Assembly: GCA_964478695.1 (NCBI GenBank)
Contig: CAYZIP010000004.1
Span: forward strand, 401 to 64,400
Reading direction: 5' to 3'
Source: an uncultured Candidatus Saccharibacteria bacterium
GTDB lineage: Bacteria > Patescibacteriota > Saccharimonadia > JAGOAT01 > CAYZIP01
DNA: 64,000 bases
Under the pieces are notes generated by a model. That model was not told the DNA's origin and did not search any database. It saw nothing but the letters and a program-made list of their open reading frames with translations. Position numbers and translations under genes: made by a program. Positions 1-9,858 of this stretch are shown one piece after another (the first letter of the stretch is position 1; each line of letters starts with the position of its first letter).

Positions 1-184
1 TTTACCGGCAAAACATCAACCAAGACATTTGTTGACGTAGTTATATAGTCGTATAACTTATAACCAAATACAACTTTTTATAGATTTAAAGAAGTCTTAG
101 CTTAAAAGACCATATAGTATATAAGTCTTAATTATATTATATGAAAGTCTATTAATTAGACTAACAAAACATATACTCTATAAT

Positions 185-212
185 AAGACCACTAAAATGT
201 CTTTGTGGTCTT
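185..212. terminator. Hairpin aagaccac-N12-gtggtctt followed by ttttgattt on the + strand; candidate bidirectional or convergent terminator downstream of the rplA operon
   Basis: 8-bp inverted repeat read directly; T-run on + side, weaker T-rich run on - side; the 12-nt loop is large. Confidence 0.3.
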
Positions 213-248
213 TTGATTTAAAGTAATTATATATTTATTTTATAGATA

Positions 249-1124
249 TTAAAGAGACAGGCTAAGGCCAGGCAACATAGTGGCACTTAAGCTAATATTC
301 TTGATATATGTTCCTTTGGCTCCACTGGGTTTTGCTTTTAATATAGCCTTATGGGCAACCTCAATATTTGAGATTAAATCACTAGTATCAAAACTAAGCT
401 TACCAACACTAAGGTGTACTATGCCATAGCTATCAGCCTTAAACTCTATACGACCGTCTCTTATTTCTTTGATAGCGCTGGCTATATCTGCAGAAACTGT
501 ATTATTTTTGGGAGTAGGCATTAATCCTTTAGGGCCCAATATCTTAGCATATTTACTAAGCTCAGCCATTTTTTTTGGATTTGTAATTAAGACATCAAAT
601 AGTATTTTCTTTGAGCTAATCTGTGATATTATTTCTTCTGGATTAGCATAATCGGCTCCATCTGTAATATGCTGCTTTTCATTTTGACTATCATCAAAAA
701 TAGCTATGACTATTTTTTTACTTAAAGCTTTTGGTAAAGATAGATTACCGCGTACAACTTGATCGGCTTGCCTAACATCAATACCTAGATTAAAGTTGAG
801 CTCAACCGTAGGGTCAAATTTAAATGGATTAATTTTTTTTAATAGCTCCAAGGCTTCTTGAGGGCTATATTTCGCATTAGAATCAATCTTTTCTTTGAGG
901 GCGTGGTAGCGCTTTGATCTTTTTTTGACCTTAACAACTTTTTTAACAGTAGCCCGTACCACCTGATTTTCTTTAAGATCCTTTTCTTTTGATGTGTCTA
1001 CTTCTTTGTCGTCATCTTGGCTGACTACTTCTATATTCTCATCGATAGTAATATCTACGTCCTGCTTAATTTCTACCTCTAAATCTTGTACTTGCTCTAC
1101 TGCCTTCTTCTTTTCTTTAGACAT
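249..1124 (-). CDS. rplA: 50S ribosomal protein L1 with an acidic/lysine-rich N-terminal extension of about 65 aa
   Basis: C-terminal 225 aa match the L1 fold (GIDVRQADQVVRGNLSLPKA, GPKGLMPTPK); AAAGGA Shine-Dalgarno 8 nt before the ATG at 1124 supports the long start. Confidence 0.9.
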   Translation of the reverse strand: MSKEKKKAVEQVQDLEVEIKQDVDITIDENIEVVSQDDDKEVDTSKEKDLKENQVVRATVKKVVKVKKRSKRYHALKEKIDSNAKYSPQEALELLKKINPFKFDPTVELNFNLGIDVRQADQVVRGNLSLPKALSKKIVIAIFDDSQNEKQHITDGADYANPEEIISQISSKKILFDVLITNPKKMAELSKYAKILGPKGLMPTPKNNTVSADIASAIKEIRDGRIEFKADSYGIVHLSVGKLSFDTSDLISNIEVAHKAILKAKPSGAKGTYIKNISLSATMLPGLSLSL

Positions 1125-1247
1125 TTGTGATCCTTTCTATAGTGGTTATATTAAAATATTTGGCGAATTTTAAGCATAAAATATATTAAGCCTAAAACTC
1201 TCCCATCATAAAAGATACTTATAAAAAATATTTGATGGCTAAATACA

Positions 1248-1682
1248 TTAGCCCTCTACTACCTCCACTCCCATAGCACGGGCTGATCCAGCTACAATCT
1301 TTTTGGCAGCCTCGATATCATTGGCATTGAGATCAGACATTTTTTCTTCGGCTATATCTTTTATTTGAGACCAAGTAATCTTGCCAACTTTATCTTTATG
1401 CGACTTAGCCGAACCCTTATCGAGGTTAATTGCCTTTTTGATTAATTCTGTTACTGGAGTACCGGAAGTGGTAAATGTGAATGATTTATCCTCAAACACA
1501 GTGATACGCACTGGGGTAGTCTGCCCCTTACGCTGATTGGTGGCTTCATTAAAAGCATTAACAAATTCCATCATATTCACTCCTTGTGCACCAAGAATAG
1601 ACCCTACAGGGGGGGCAGCACTAGCGCCGGCACCAGGCAAAACCATTTTTAAATTTGCGATAACTTTCTTTTTTTCAGCCAT
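1248..1682 (-). CDS. rplK: 50S ribosomal protein L11
   Basis: MVLPGAGASAAPPVGSILGAQGVNMMEF typical L11 N-domain. Confidence 0.93.
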   Translation of the reverse strand: MAEKKKVIANLKMVLPGAGASAAPPVGSILGAQGVNMMEFVNAFNEATNQRKGQTTPVRITVFEDKSFTFTTSGTPVTELIKKAINLDKGSAKSHKDKVGKITWSQIKDIAEEKMSDLNANDIEAAKKIVAGSARAMGVEVVEG

Positions 1683-1722
1683 ATTATTCCTTTTCTCTAT
1701 CTAGTAAATATTTATTATATCA

Positions 1723-2280
1723 TTAAATCTTCTTAACTTGAAGAGAGTCTAGCTCTACAGGCGTCTCTCTTCCGAACATATTAACCAAGACTTTTATTTT
1801 ACCCTTAGCTTCATCTATATCGTTAATAGACCCATCAAATCCTTTAAATGGTCCATCCACTATACTGACAAGCTCCCCAGCAGTAAAAGATATATCATAT
1901 TTAGGATTATCTTGTCCCATACGTTTTTTAATAGAACGCACTTCTTCGCTGCTCATAGGGATAGGAGTAGCCCCAGATCCAACGAAACCAGTAACATTAG
2001 GGGTATTACGTACCACAAACCAAGCATCGTCTCCCATAATCATTTCTACCATAATATACCCTGGGAATATCTTTTTTTCTACTGTTTTGCGCTTACCATT
2101 ACGTATTTCTATTCTTTTTTCCTTAGGTACAAGTATTTCTATAATTTGTTTAGAAAAACCTAAGTTTTCTGCTCTTTGAGTCAAGGTTTGAGCCACTACA
2201 TCTTCATAGCCAGAATATGTATGAACTACATACCATAGCGCTTTTGAAGTACTCTTAATTTTGCTTGCTTCTTTGCTCAT
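1723..2280 (-). CDS. nusG: Transcription antiterminator NusG
   Basis: NGN domain (WYVVHTYSGYE) plus C-terminal KOW (GELVSIVDGPFKGFDGSI); position next to secE-rplK. Confidence 0.9.
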   Translation of the reverse strand: MSKEASKIKSTSKALWYVVHTYSGYEDVVAQTLTQRAENLGFSKQIIEILVPKEKRIEIRNGKRKTVEKKIFPGYIMVEMIMGDDAWFVVRNTPNVTGFVGSGATPIPMSSEEVRSIKKRMGQDNPKYDISFTAGELVSIVDGPFKGFDGSINDIDEAKGKIKVLVNMFGRETPVELDSLQVKKI

Positions 2281-2292
2281 AAAAAGTCTCCC

Positions 2293-2472
2293 TTATATCA
2301 ATTTATTAATACCTAATCTTATTAAAGCCTCAAGTCCACCTACATAAATAGCTATAATAGTAGAAAATACTATGACAGTTACCCCGAACCTCCAGGCTTC
2401 TTGTCTACTGGGCCATGATAATCCTCGAATTAGATCTACATAGCTGTTTAGAATAGAAAATATTTTTCTCAT
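2293..2472 (-). CDS. secE: Preprotein translocase subunit SecE (59 aa, below the ORF-track cutoff)
   Basis: Manual translation MRKIFSILNSYVDLIRGLSWPSRQEAWRFGVTVIVFSTIIAIYVGGLEALIRLGINKLI; conserved WP.R.E motif plus single C-terminal TM; immediately upstream of nusG. Confidence 0.7.
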   Translation of the reverse strand: MRKIFSILNSYVDLIRGLSWPSRQEAWRFGVTVIVFSTIIAIYVGGLEALIRLGINKLI

Positions 2473-2516
2473 TTTAAAAGATCAACCTTTTTTATTAAAA
2501 AATTTATCTTACGCCA

Positions 2517-2544
2517 AATAAAAAAGACCTTATTCTTAAGGTCT
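2517..2544 (-). terminator. Rho-independent terminator (stem agacctta/taaggtct, loop ttct, then TTTTTATT on the minus strand)
   Basis: Perfect 8-bp stem and U-tract read on the minus strand, about 80 nt downstream of the 271-aa membrane gene and before secE. Confidence 0.6.
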
Positions 2545-2627
2545 ATATGTCAATATTATATAACTACTCCTCCCTTGTCAATGCTTCGAGACAATAGCAC
2601 TATTTTAATACATATTTTCTTATAGGA

Positions 2628-3443
2628 TTATTTAGGCTTAATGGTGGGCAGTAGTGGTGAACTCAAAAAAGATTCTAAGCTAGCGCCTACTTTTAATAGA
2701 TATTGATTAAGACTATTTTGAAAAACTAAGACCATAAGACTTAATACAATCACTGCTATGCTCAGCCATATAATACTATTTTTGACCCTGACTAGACTTA
2801 TGCTAGGATATGTATTTAAAATTTCCATTTTAGATATATAGAAGTTGGCCCATATGTATATTAAAAATGACATAATATAAAAGATGATATTAGACAAAAA
2901 TATATGCCTAATACTAATAAAAAATATAAAATACATCATATTTTTTACAGTTAATATAAGGGATAAAATGTCGATTTGATATTGTCTCTTTTCATGGATG
3001 GCAGCAAACATAACTGCATGCTTGATTAAGACAAATCTCAGTAATAAAAACAATATAGACGAAATAGTTAATATAATATTGTTGGTAGTAGATAAGATAA
3101 AATTATCTCTTATAAATAGAGAGAAAACATGATAAACGCTGATTATAAAAATAATATTGATTCCATACAAAAGTAGTATTCTTTTTTTTAAAATGCCGTA
3201 ATAAACTCTAGGGGATATCCTTGGGGATAATAATAACAGCAGTAGCATCACGTAGATTAAGATTAAGCTCAATATAACCGTTCCGATACTAAAGCTACTA
3301 AAGACAATAAAAACATCTCTTAGGGGCTTATGAATAATATGATTAAAAATAGAAGCTGCTGCTACCGAGAGAGTACATATAAAAAAATCAAAGCTAAATA
3401 AATAATAAGTTAAATATTTAAGTATCTTACTGCGCTTAATCAA
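2628..3443 (-). CDS. Polytopic integral membrane protein of unknown function (about 7-8 predicted TM helices)
   Basis: Extremely hydrophobic I/L/F-rich ORF; start overlaps the stop of the upstream 686-aa gene by 4 nt (ATGA), suggesting translational coupling. Confidence 0.6.
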   Translation of the reverse strand: MIKRSKILKYLTYYLFSFDFFICTLSVAAASIFNHIIHKPLRDVFIVFSSFSIGTVILSLILIYVMLLLLLLSPRISPRVYYGILKKRILLLYGINIIFIISVYHVFSLFIRDNFILSTTNNIILTISSILFLLLRFVLIKHAVMFAAIHEKRQYQIDILSLILTVKNMMYFIFFISIRHIFLSNIIFYIMSFLIYIWANFYISKMEILNTYPSISLVRVKNSIIWLSIAVIVLSLMVLVFQNSLNQYLLKVGASLESFLSSPLLPTIKPK

Positions 3444-5500
3444 CCAACCCTCCTTCTAAGATCAAAGATAGTATCTGTTCTATTTTTTCTAAATATCAAA
3501 GTTAATATTACTAAGGTCATAGCAATAATGAGAGATACTAAGGAACTAGGGTGATAAAAATAAGTACCAATCCCAGTATAAATAGTGATTAAGACAAGGT
3601 TATAATATAGACTAAGTTTATTAATTAGTAGGGTTAATAGCATTAAAATAGCTAAACCCCAAAAAATTATATGATAAGGTATCCCTTGTCTTGTTTGTAT
3701 GTTTAATAATATCATCAAGGGAGCAAATAAAGTTACTGCCATTCCAATAGGGATAGAAAATCTTTTCGGGAGTATTAAACTCCCCACATACAGGATCACA
3801 TTGACCACCAATATGGCCCATATTTGAGGCTTGACCCAATTTAGCTGTATCCCTAAAGCCGTTAAAGCTAGATTGATAGCAATAATAATAATTGGCATTA
3901 GATTGGGCCAAGAGAATTTGATACTAATGGCAGCTAAGACTAAGGCCATACAAGCAGCTCCAATCACCATGGCCATAGGCCCACTATAATAACCTATTAT
4001 TAATCCGAGTAAAATCGATATATTAAGAAATAATATATTAACAGCCTCAAGTTCTTTAAAATTCCTGGTATTGAAATATAAAGTAACGGCTAAGAGTATT
4101 AAACTAAAAAGGCTATAGTAAATCACCAGATTGGTGGCAGGTCCTAAATAAGAGAATAAGGACATACTAACTAGTACTGGAGATAGTATTAGCCCTAATA
4201 ATAAATTAATCCAATCCATTGGATTTTTATAAATACTATATAAGATAGTATGAACTAAGATAATCAAAGTAAGTAAAGTTAATACTAAATATGGATCTGT
4301 CCCAAAAATAAAGGGGGCAAAATTAATGCAAGCGATAAGAATAAAGATTAACTTTCGTAAGAAACTAAAATCACTAGACTCATTGGGTTCAAGATATTTA
4401 ATATAATACCAGCTTAAGCTCATTAAGATTAGTCCTATACTAATAACAAATAAATATTTTAGCTCAAGGCCATAACTTAGTATAAATGTTAATAGTAGCA
4501 ACAATACATTGCCTATTAATAAATAAATAGTTTTTAGCAATATTTCATTGGTAGTGAAGTATAAATAAATAAAATATATAAGCAGTAAGGCCACGCTAAT
4601 AGAAGCCGACATAAGACTTGGCCTAGATACTATCATCAATACAGTTAACAGTACCCCTAACACTATTCTATGGATATTTAAAAATATAGGGGCAGACTTG
4701 GTGATGTTATTTAATAAGGAAACAACAATAATATGAAGGGTCAGAAGTGGGTATATAAAATCTAGATTTATTATTCCCAAAGCTGTCATCGATGATAATA
4801 GTATGGATATGAAGATCGAACTCATGATAAGCCCCATATTCTGATTACGAAGATAAAGAAATATATTTAATAAAGCCAAAACTATGATGGATAACCATTG
4901 GGCAAACTGATAATGTACTAAATGAGTGTTTAACCACCATATTAAATATGAACTAATAATAAGACTATTAATAATACTGGCTATCCAGATAGGCATATAG
5001 TTTTTGGGGAGTAATAAATAGATAATATAATTTAATACCAAAAGCACAGCGATAATAATAATATTTTCTTTAGTCCCCCCATAAAGAGTGGTGATGATAA
5101 TAGCAATGCTAGGAATCAGCCCTAATAATATATAAGCCAATATAGCTATAGGATGAGTTGTGGTAACACTTTTTCTAACCTGATTAATACTAGCCTCATC
5201 ACTAGCGAAGAGCTCTTTAAAATCTGATGATAGTTTTTGTGTTGTAGTGCTGGCCTTATGAGAAGTATTAGGATTTAAATATCTAGTTGTAGTGGTTTTG
5301 GTAGACACAATATCTTGGATTAATCTAGGATTTGGATTAATGCTTATTGAGGGCTTGGCCGTGATGTCATTTAGTACATATCTATTATTTATATTATTAT
5401 CTAATCTATTTTTTTTAACCCTGTCCCCTGCCATATTTGGCTTATACTGATCATGTTCTATATTGTTATTAATCTTCTTATGCTTAAATAAATGCATCAC
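3440..5500 (-). CDS. Giant polytopic membrane protein (686 aa; about 110-aa Asn/Thr-rich N-terminal region followed by roughly 18-20 TM helices); function unknown
   Basis: Long uninterrupted ORF, almost entirely hydrophobic after residue about 115; no recognisable catalytic motif. Confidence 0.6.
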   Translation of the reverse strand: MMHLFKHKKINNNIEHDQYKPNMAGDRVKKNRLDNNINNRYVLNDITAKPSISINPNPRLIQDIVSTKTTTTRYLNPNTSHKASTTTQKLSSDFKELFASDEASINQVRKSVTTTHPIAILAYILLGLIPSIAIIITTLYGGTKENIIIIAVLLVLNYIIYLLLPKNYMPIWIASIINSLIISSYLIWWLNTHLVHYQFAQWLSIIVLALLNIFLYLRNQNMGLIMSSIFISILLSSMTALGIINLDFIYPLLTLHIIVVSLLNNITKSAPIFLNIHRIVLGVLLTVLMIVSRPSLMSASISVALLLIYFIYLYFTTNEILLKTIYLLIGNVLLLLLTFILSYGLELKYLFVISIGLILMSLSWYYIKYLEPNESSDFSFLRKLIFILIACINFAPFIFGTDPYLVLTLLTLIILVHTILYSIYKNPMDWINLLLGLILSPVLVSMSLFSYLGPATNLVIYYSLFSLILLAVTLYFNTRNFKELEAVNILFLNISILLGLIIGYYSGPMAMVIGAACMALVLAAISIKFSWPNLMPIIIIAINLALTALGIQLNWVKPQIWAILVVNVILYVGSLILPKRFSIPIGMAVTLFAPLMILLNIQTRQGIPYHIIFWGLAILMLLTLLINKLSLYYNLVLITIYTGIGTYFYHPSSLVSLIIAMTLVILTLIFRKNRTDTIFDLRRRVG

Positions 5501-5667
5501 GCCCCAACCTCAAGCTTTTTCATATACTTTTATTATAGTACAGCAGACTTTAAACCAAAATGAATATATCTTAAGGCCAGAAAAAATACATACTCGATTT
5601 GATCATGATATTTTTGCATTATATTTTTTGAATACTTGATATGTGGAAAAAAGTATATTTAAAAAGA

Positions 5668-7605
5668 CTAAGGCTTGGTCCAAGAAGCATATTTACAATC
5701 AGGATATTGATCGCAGCCATAAAAAACTCTACCCTTTCTGGTTTTCTTAGCTACAATCTCTCCTTTTTTACATTCTGGGCACTTAACATTTGTTTTTTCT
5801 AAAGCCTCTTTTTTAATATAACGACATTCTGGATAATTAGAACAACCTACAAATTTACCATAACGGCTGCTACGAATTACTAAAGGATGCTTACATTCTG
5901 GACAATTTTCACCAGTCTGCTCAGACTCTACTTTAATACGCTCTATGCTATCTTTTTTATTCTCTATATCTTTAGCTAGTGGATTATAAAAATCGGCTAC
6001 TATTTTTTGCCATTTATCCTTGCCTAAGGATACGGCATCCAGTTCTTGCTCTAATTTTGCCGTTAAGTTCACATCTACTATAGAAGAAAAATTATCTTCT
6101 AGCATTTTATTCACACTAAGCCCTATTTTCTCAGGGACTAATTTTTTGTCTTGGCTGATAATATAACCTCTATCTACTAAGGTAGAAATAGTAGGAGCAT
6201 AGGTGCTAGGCCGTCCCACCCCCAAACTTTCTAATACCTTGATCAAGGTTGCTTCTGAATAACGACTAGGAGGGCTGCTAAACTTTTGCTTTGTTTCTAC
6301 TTCGACTAGTGTCAGGCTTTCTCCTTTTGATAATTCAGGTAAAATGATATCTTCATCTTTTTTATAGGTATATATCTTAGTATAGCCATCAAACTTAATG
6401 GTTTTGCCAACAGCTCTAAAACTATAATTTTCTACCTTAATAGTAGCGACTACTTGATCTACCAGCTGAGCAGACATCTGAGAAGCGATGGCTCTAGTTC
6501 GAATTAAATCATATAATCTAGCTCCATCTTCTATTTTTAATTCTTGAGCATTCTTATTAAAAACTGTGGGCCTAATAGCTTCATGGGCTTCCTGTGCTCC
6601 CTTCTGCTTACTTTTATAAACCCTGGGAGTTTGGCTTAAATATCCTTTTCCAAAAGCTAAAGTAATATAATCTCTCATCCCAGCAACAGATTCTTGACTT
6701 AAATTCAAACTATCAGTACGCATATAGGTAATGTGCCCAGCTTCATATAGCTTTTGAGCCACGGTCATAGTTCTTTTAGCTGAATATCCTAAGTGAGAAT
6801 AAGCTGCTCTCTGTAAAGTAGAGGTAATGAATGGAGGTAAGGGATTGCTAGTTAACTGCTTTTGATCAATAGATGCTACCTCTAAACTACTTTTCTCTAC
6901 TAAAGCTTTTAGATTAAGAGCCTGCTCTTCATTCTTTAACATAATATTCTTGGTATTATTAGGATAAAGATCGAACAATATTCTATCCTGATTTTTATTA
7001 TTAGTATGAATGGTAAATGGCCAGTACTCTACAGGCACAAAAGCCTCTATTTCCCTCTCTTTATCAACAATAATCTTTAAAGCCACAGACTGGACTCTTC
7101 CAGCAGACAAACCTCTTTTAATTTTTTGCCATAGTAAAGGAGATAAACTATAACCAAACAATCTATCCAATACCCTTCTACCTTGCTGGGCATCAACTAG
7201 ATTGATGTCAATATCTCTAGGGTGTTTTACGGCTGATAGAATTGCATTTTTAGTAATTTCGGAGAAAGTAATTCTGACAATCTTTTTATCACTATATTTA
7301 TTTTTTATTAGCTCTGACAAATGCCAAGCTATAGCTTCACCTTCACGGTCAAGGTCAGTCGCTAAATATACTACTAAAGCATTCTTACTAGCTTCTATGA
7401 GCTCATTAGCTCTCTTGCGTACCTTGGGACTGACTATATAATCTGGAGCAAAATTATTATCAGTATCAACTCCTATCCTAGATTTAGGCAAATCTCTAAT
7501 ATGACCAAAACTAGCCATCACTTTAAATTCTTTACCAAGATAATTCTCAATTACTTTGGCTTTAGCTGGACTTTCTACTATTACTAGATTGATTGACTTT
7601 TTCAT
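5668..7605 (-). CDS. topA: DNA topoisomerase I with C-terminal zinc-ribbon repeats
   Basis: TOPRIM N-terminus (LVIVESPAKAKVIENYLG), topo IA core, C-terminal CPECxxx / GCSNYPECRY / GCDQYPDCKY zinc ribbons. Confidence 0.9.
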   Translation of the reverse strand: MKKSINLVIVESPAKAKVIENYLGKEFKVMASFGHIRDLPKSRIGVDTDNNFAPDYIVSPKVRKRANELIEASKNALVVYLATDLDREGEAIAWHLSELIKNKYSDKKIVRITFSEITKNAILSAVKHPRDIDINLVDAQQGRRVLDRLFGYSLSPLLWQKIKRGLSAGRVQSVALKIIVDKEREIEAFVPVEYWPFTIHTNNKNQDRILFDLYPNNTKNIMLKNEEQALNLKALVEKSSLEVASIDQKQLTSNPLPPFITSTLQRAAYSHLGYSAKRTMTVAQKLYEAGHITYMRTDSLNLSQESVAGMRDYITLAFGKGYLSQTPRVYKSKQKGAQEAHEAIRPTVFNKNAQELKIEDGARLYDLIRTRAIASQMSAQLVDQVVATIKVENYSFRAVGKTIKFDGYTKIYTYKKDEDIILPELSKGESLTLVEVETKQKFSSPPSRYSEATLIKVLESLGVGRPSTYAPTISTLVDRGYIISQDKKLVPEKIGLSVNKMLEDNFSSIVDVNLTAKLEQELDAVSLGKDKWQKIVADFYNPLAKDIENKKDSIERIKVESEQTGENCPECKHPLVIRSSRYGKFVGCSNYPECRYIKKEALEKTNVKCPECKKGEIVAKKTRKGRVFYGCDQYPDCKYASWTKP

Positions 7606-7842
7606 AATTAATAACTTATCAGATTATCTTTCATAGTAGCAATACTATTGTTAGCGGCAGTAGTCTTTAATATCAAAAAGTTTTTAAAACTTTAAGAGTC
7701 TTTTTATGGGATAAGACTTTAGTAAACTTTAAGAATACATAAAAAGACTTTAATACTAAAGTTTATAATTTTATTTTGTGTTGTATTTATTATTGAAGCT
7801 TATGCCTTTAAAGTTTTAAAAACTACTATATACTATTCATAG

Positions 7843-8391
7843 ATGAAAAATAGTAAAGAAGTAGGGCTATCTAATCTATATATAGTACTAGACAATATTC
7901 GTAGTTGTTATAATGTAGGTGCTATTATGCGTAGTATGGGATTTTTTGGATTTAATTCTTTAATAGCCATTGGATCTACTCCCTATCCTCAAATTAAAAA
8001 AGATATTAGACCAAGATATATTATTGATAAGAATACTCAACAAATTGCCAAAACTGCTTTAGGGGCAGAAAAATATATTGATGTATTCTACTATGAATTT
8101 GATCATGAATTCTATCATAGCCTTGAATCTAATGATATCTTAATTTCATTAGAACAAAATTCTAAGGCCATCTATATGCATGATATAGTCACCATTGATT
8201 GGCCTAGGAAGACATATATAGTATTAGGATCAGAGGATAAAGGGGTTAGCCCATACTTATTAGAAAAAAGTAATTCTATAGTTGAAATCACAGGACTAGG
8301 ACAAAAAAAATCTTTAAATGTCAGTTCTGCCGCTGCCATGGCTTTATTTTATATAAATACATTAAAAGCCAAGGCTAAATATGAAAATTAG
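7843..8391 (+). CDS. SpoU-family RNA 2'-O-ribose methyltransferase (TrmL/TrmH-like)
   Basis: SPOUT motifs (CYNVGAIMRSMGFFGF; IVLGSEDKGVSPYLL; SLNVSSAAAMALFYI). Confidence 0.7.
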   Translation: MKNSKEVGLSNLYIVLDNIRSCYNVGAIMRSMGFFGFNSLIAIGSTPYPQIKKDIRPRYIIDKNTQQIAKTALGAEKYIDVFYYEFDHEFYHSLESNDILISLEQNSKAIYMHDIVTIDWPRKTYIVLGSEDKGVSPYLLEKSNSIVEITGLGQKKSLNVSSAAAMALFYINTLKAKAKYEN

Positions 8392-8803
8392 TCACAGTTT
8401 TCAGTGCCAGAATTGCGGCTATTATAATGACTCTCATCCTATTGGAACCAAGCAAAGGAATCATTGTTCTCAATGTTTATATTCTCTTCATTTAGATAAA
8501 GCAATACCAGGAGATAGACTTTCGAAATGTAAAGCATTAATGATTCCTGTAGCTTTATATTCTAAAAAAAATAACAATAAGTATATTAACGATCAAAGCA
8601 GTATAGGTGAAATTAAAATTCTACATCAATGCTCGCAATGCGAGAGTATTAGCAGTAATAGAATAGCTGGAGACGACAATGAAAGTGCTATTTTGGATTT
8701 ACTAGAAGACAGAACAGATAATAGCCTAGAGCAATTAAAAGGATACAATATATTAAACAAGGACTCATATCAAATGGTTTTAAAGCAACTAAAAGGGAGT
8801 TAA
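8381..8803 (+). CDS. RNHCP-domain zinc-ribbon protein, function unknown
   Basis: CQNCGYY...KQRNHCSQC...CSQCES: CxxC pairs with the family-defining RNHC motif; overlaps the upstream methyltransferase stop by 11 nt and lies 7 nt before tgt. Confidence 0.5.
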   Translation: MKISHSFQCQNCGYYNDSHPIGTKQRNHCSQCLYSLHLDKAIPGDRLSKCKALMIPVALYSKKNNNKYINDQSSIGEIKILHQCSQCESISSNRIAGDDNESAILDLLEDRTDNSLEQLKGYNILNKDSYQMVLKQLKGS

Positions 8804-8809
8804 ATTTTT

Positions 8810-9856
8810 TTGAGTATCAGGCATTTTAATTTAAAAGTTAGAGGGAAAAGCTGCACGACACCATTATTCATGCCAGTAGCTACACAAGCTAGCTTTAAAT
8901 CTATGGATTTATCAACAGTACAAAATATCGGCTTTCCTGTTGTTTTATGTAATACCTATCACTTATTCTTAAGCCCAGGTACTAGTGTTATTAAAGAAGC
9001 AAATGGACTACATAATTTTACTAATTATAATGGTCTAATTTTAACTGACTCTGGTGGTTTTCAGGTATTTTCACTAGCCAACATGAATCAAGTGTCTGAG
9101 GAAGGAGTTTATTTTAAAGACCCAAAATCAGGAACCACACATTTTATATCGCCAGAGATATCCATACAAACTCAATTCGATTTAGGGGCTGATATTATTA
9201 TGGCTTTTGATCAACTCATTGGCCTAAAGGAGCACGATCACGATAGGCAAACTGAGGCTAGTGACAGAACTAATCGCTGGCTGTTAAGATCTCTTAATAA
9301 ATTTAAAGAATTAACTAAAGATATTGCCCCTGATCAAAGGCCTTTATTCTTTGGTATAAATCAAGGAGGGTTAGATTTAGACCTACGCCTTAAAAATCTA
9401 AAATTTATACAATCTATAGATGTAGATGGGATTGCTATTGGTGGGCTATCGGTAGGAGAAAGTCGGGAAGATATGTTTAAGGTTATATCTTTTTTAGAGC
9501 CCTATCTAGACCCTCAAAGGCCACATTATTTAATGGGTGTAGGTCATCCCATAGATTTAGATTTTGCCTATAGACATGGAATTGATATGGCTGACTGTGT
9601 TTTGCCTACTCGTAATGCTAGACATGGACAGGCTTGGTGCAAAGACCCAGAACATGGATTTAAAGCAATCAATATTACCAATGCTAGATATAAAAACGAT
9701 TTTACTGCTCTAGACGATTGTCCTTGTAAGCTGTGTCAGAACTTTAGTAAAGCCTATTTACATCATTTGTTTAAAAATAAAGACAGCTTGGCTGGACAAC
9801 TATTGTCTATACATAATCTTACTTTTTTATATCAGATGATACAAAAAATGCTATGA
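8810..9856 (+). CDS. tgt: Queuine tRNA-ribosyltransferase
   Basis: TPLFMPVATQA, LTDSGGFQVFSL, zinc site CPCKLC...H near the C-terminus. Confidence 0.88.
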   Translation: MSIRHFNLKVRGKSCTTPLFMPVATQASFKSMDLSTVQNIGFPVVLCNTYHLFLSPGTSVIKEANGLHNFTNYNGLILTDSGGFQVFSLANMNQVSEEGVYFKDPKSGTTHFISPEISIQTQFDLGADIIMAFDQLIGLKEHDHDRQTEASDRTNRWLLRSLNKFKELTKDIAPDQRPLFFGINQGGLDLDLRLKNLKFIQSIDVDGIAIGGLSVGESREDMFKVISFLEPYLDPQRPHYLMGVGHPIDLDFAYRHGIDMADCVLPTRNARHGQAWCKDPEHGFKAINITNARYKNDFTALDDCPCKLCQNFSKAYLHHLFKNKDSLAGQLLSIHNLTFLYQMIQKML

Positions 9857-9858
9857 TT

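Noticed and set aside
469-651. Short plus-strand ORFs nested antisense inside the ribosomal and rpo genes (for example 469-651, 1912-2163, 3621-3911, 7202-7441, 10566-10841, 11440-11967, 34055-34570 and 62494-62970)
   Set aside because: All lie wholly within clearly homologous genes on the opposite strand or in another frame, and their low-complexity translations are typical of shadow ORFs in AT-rich DNA.
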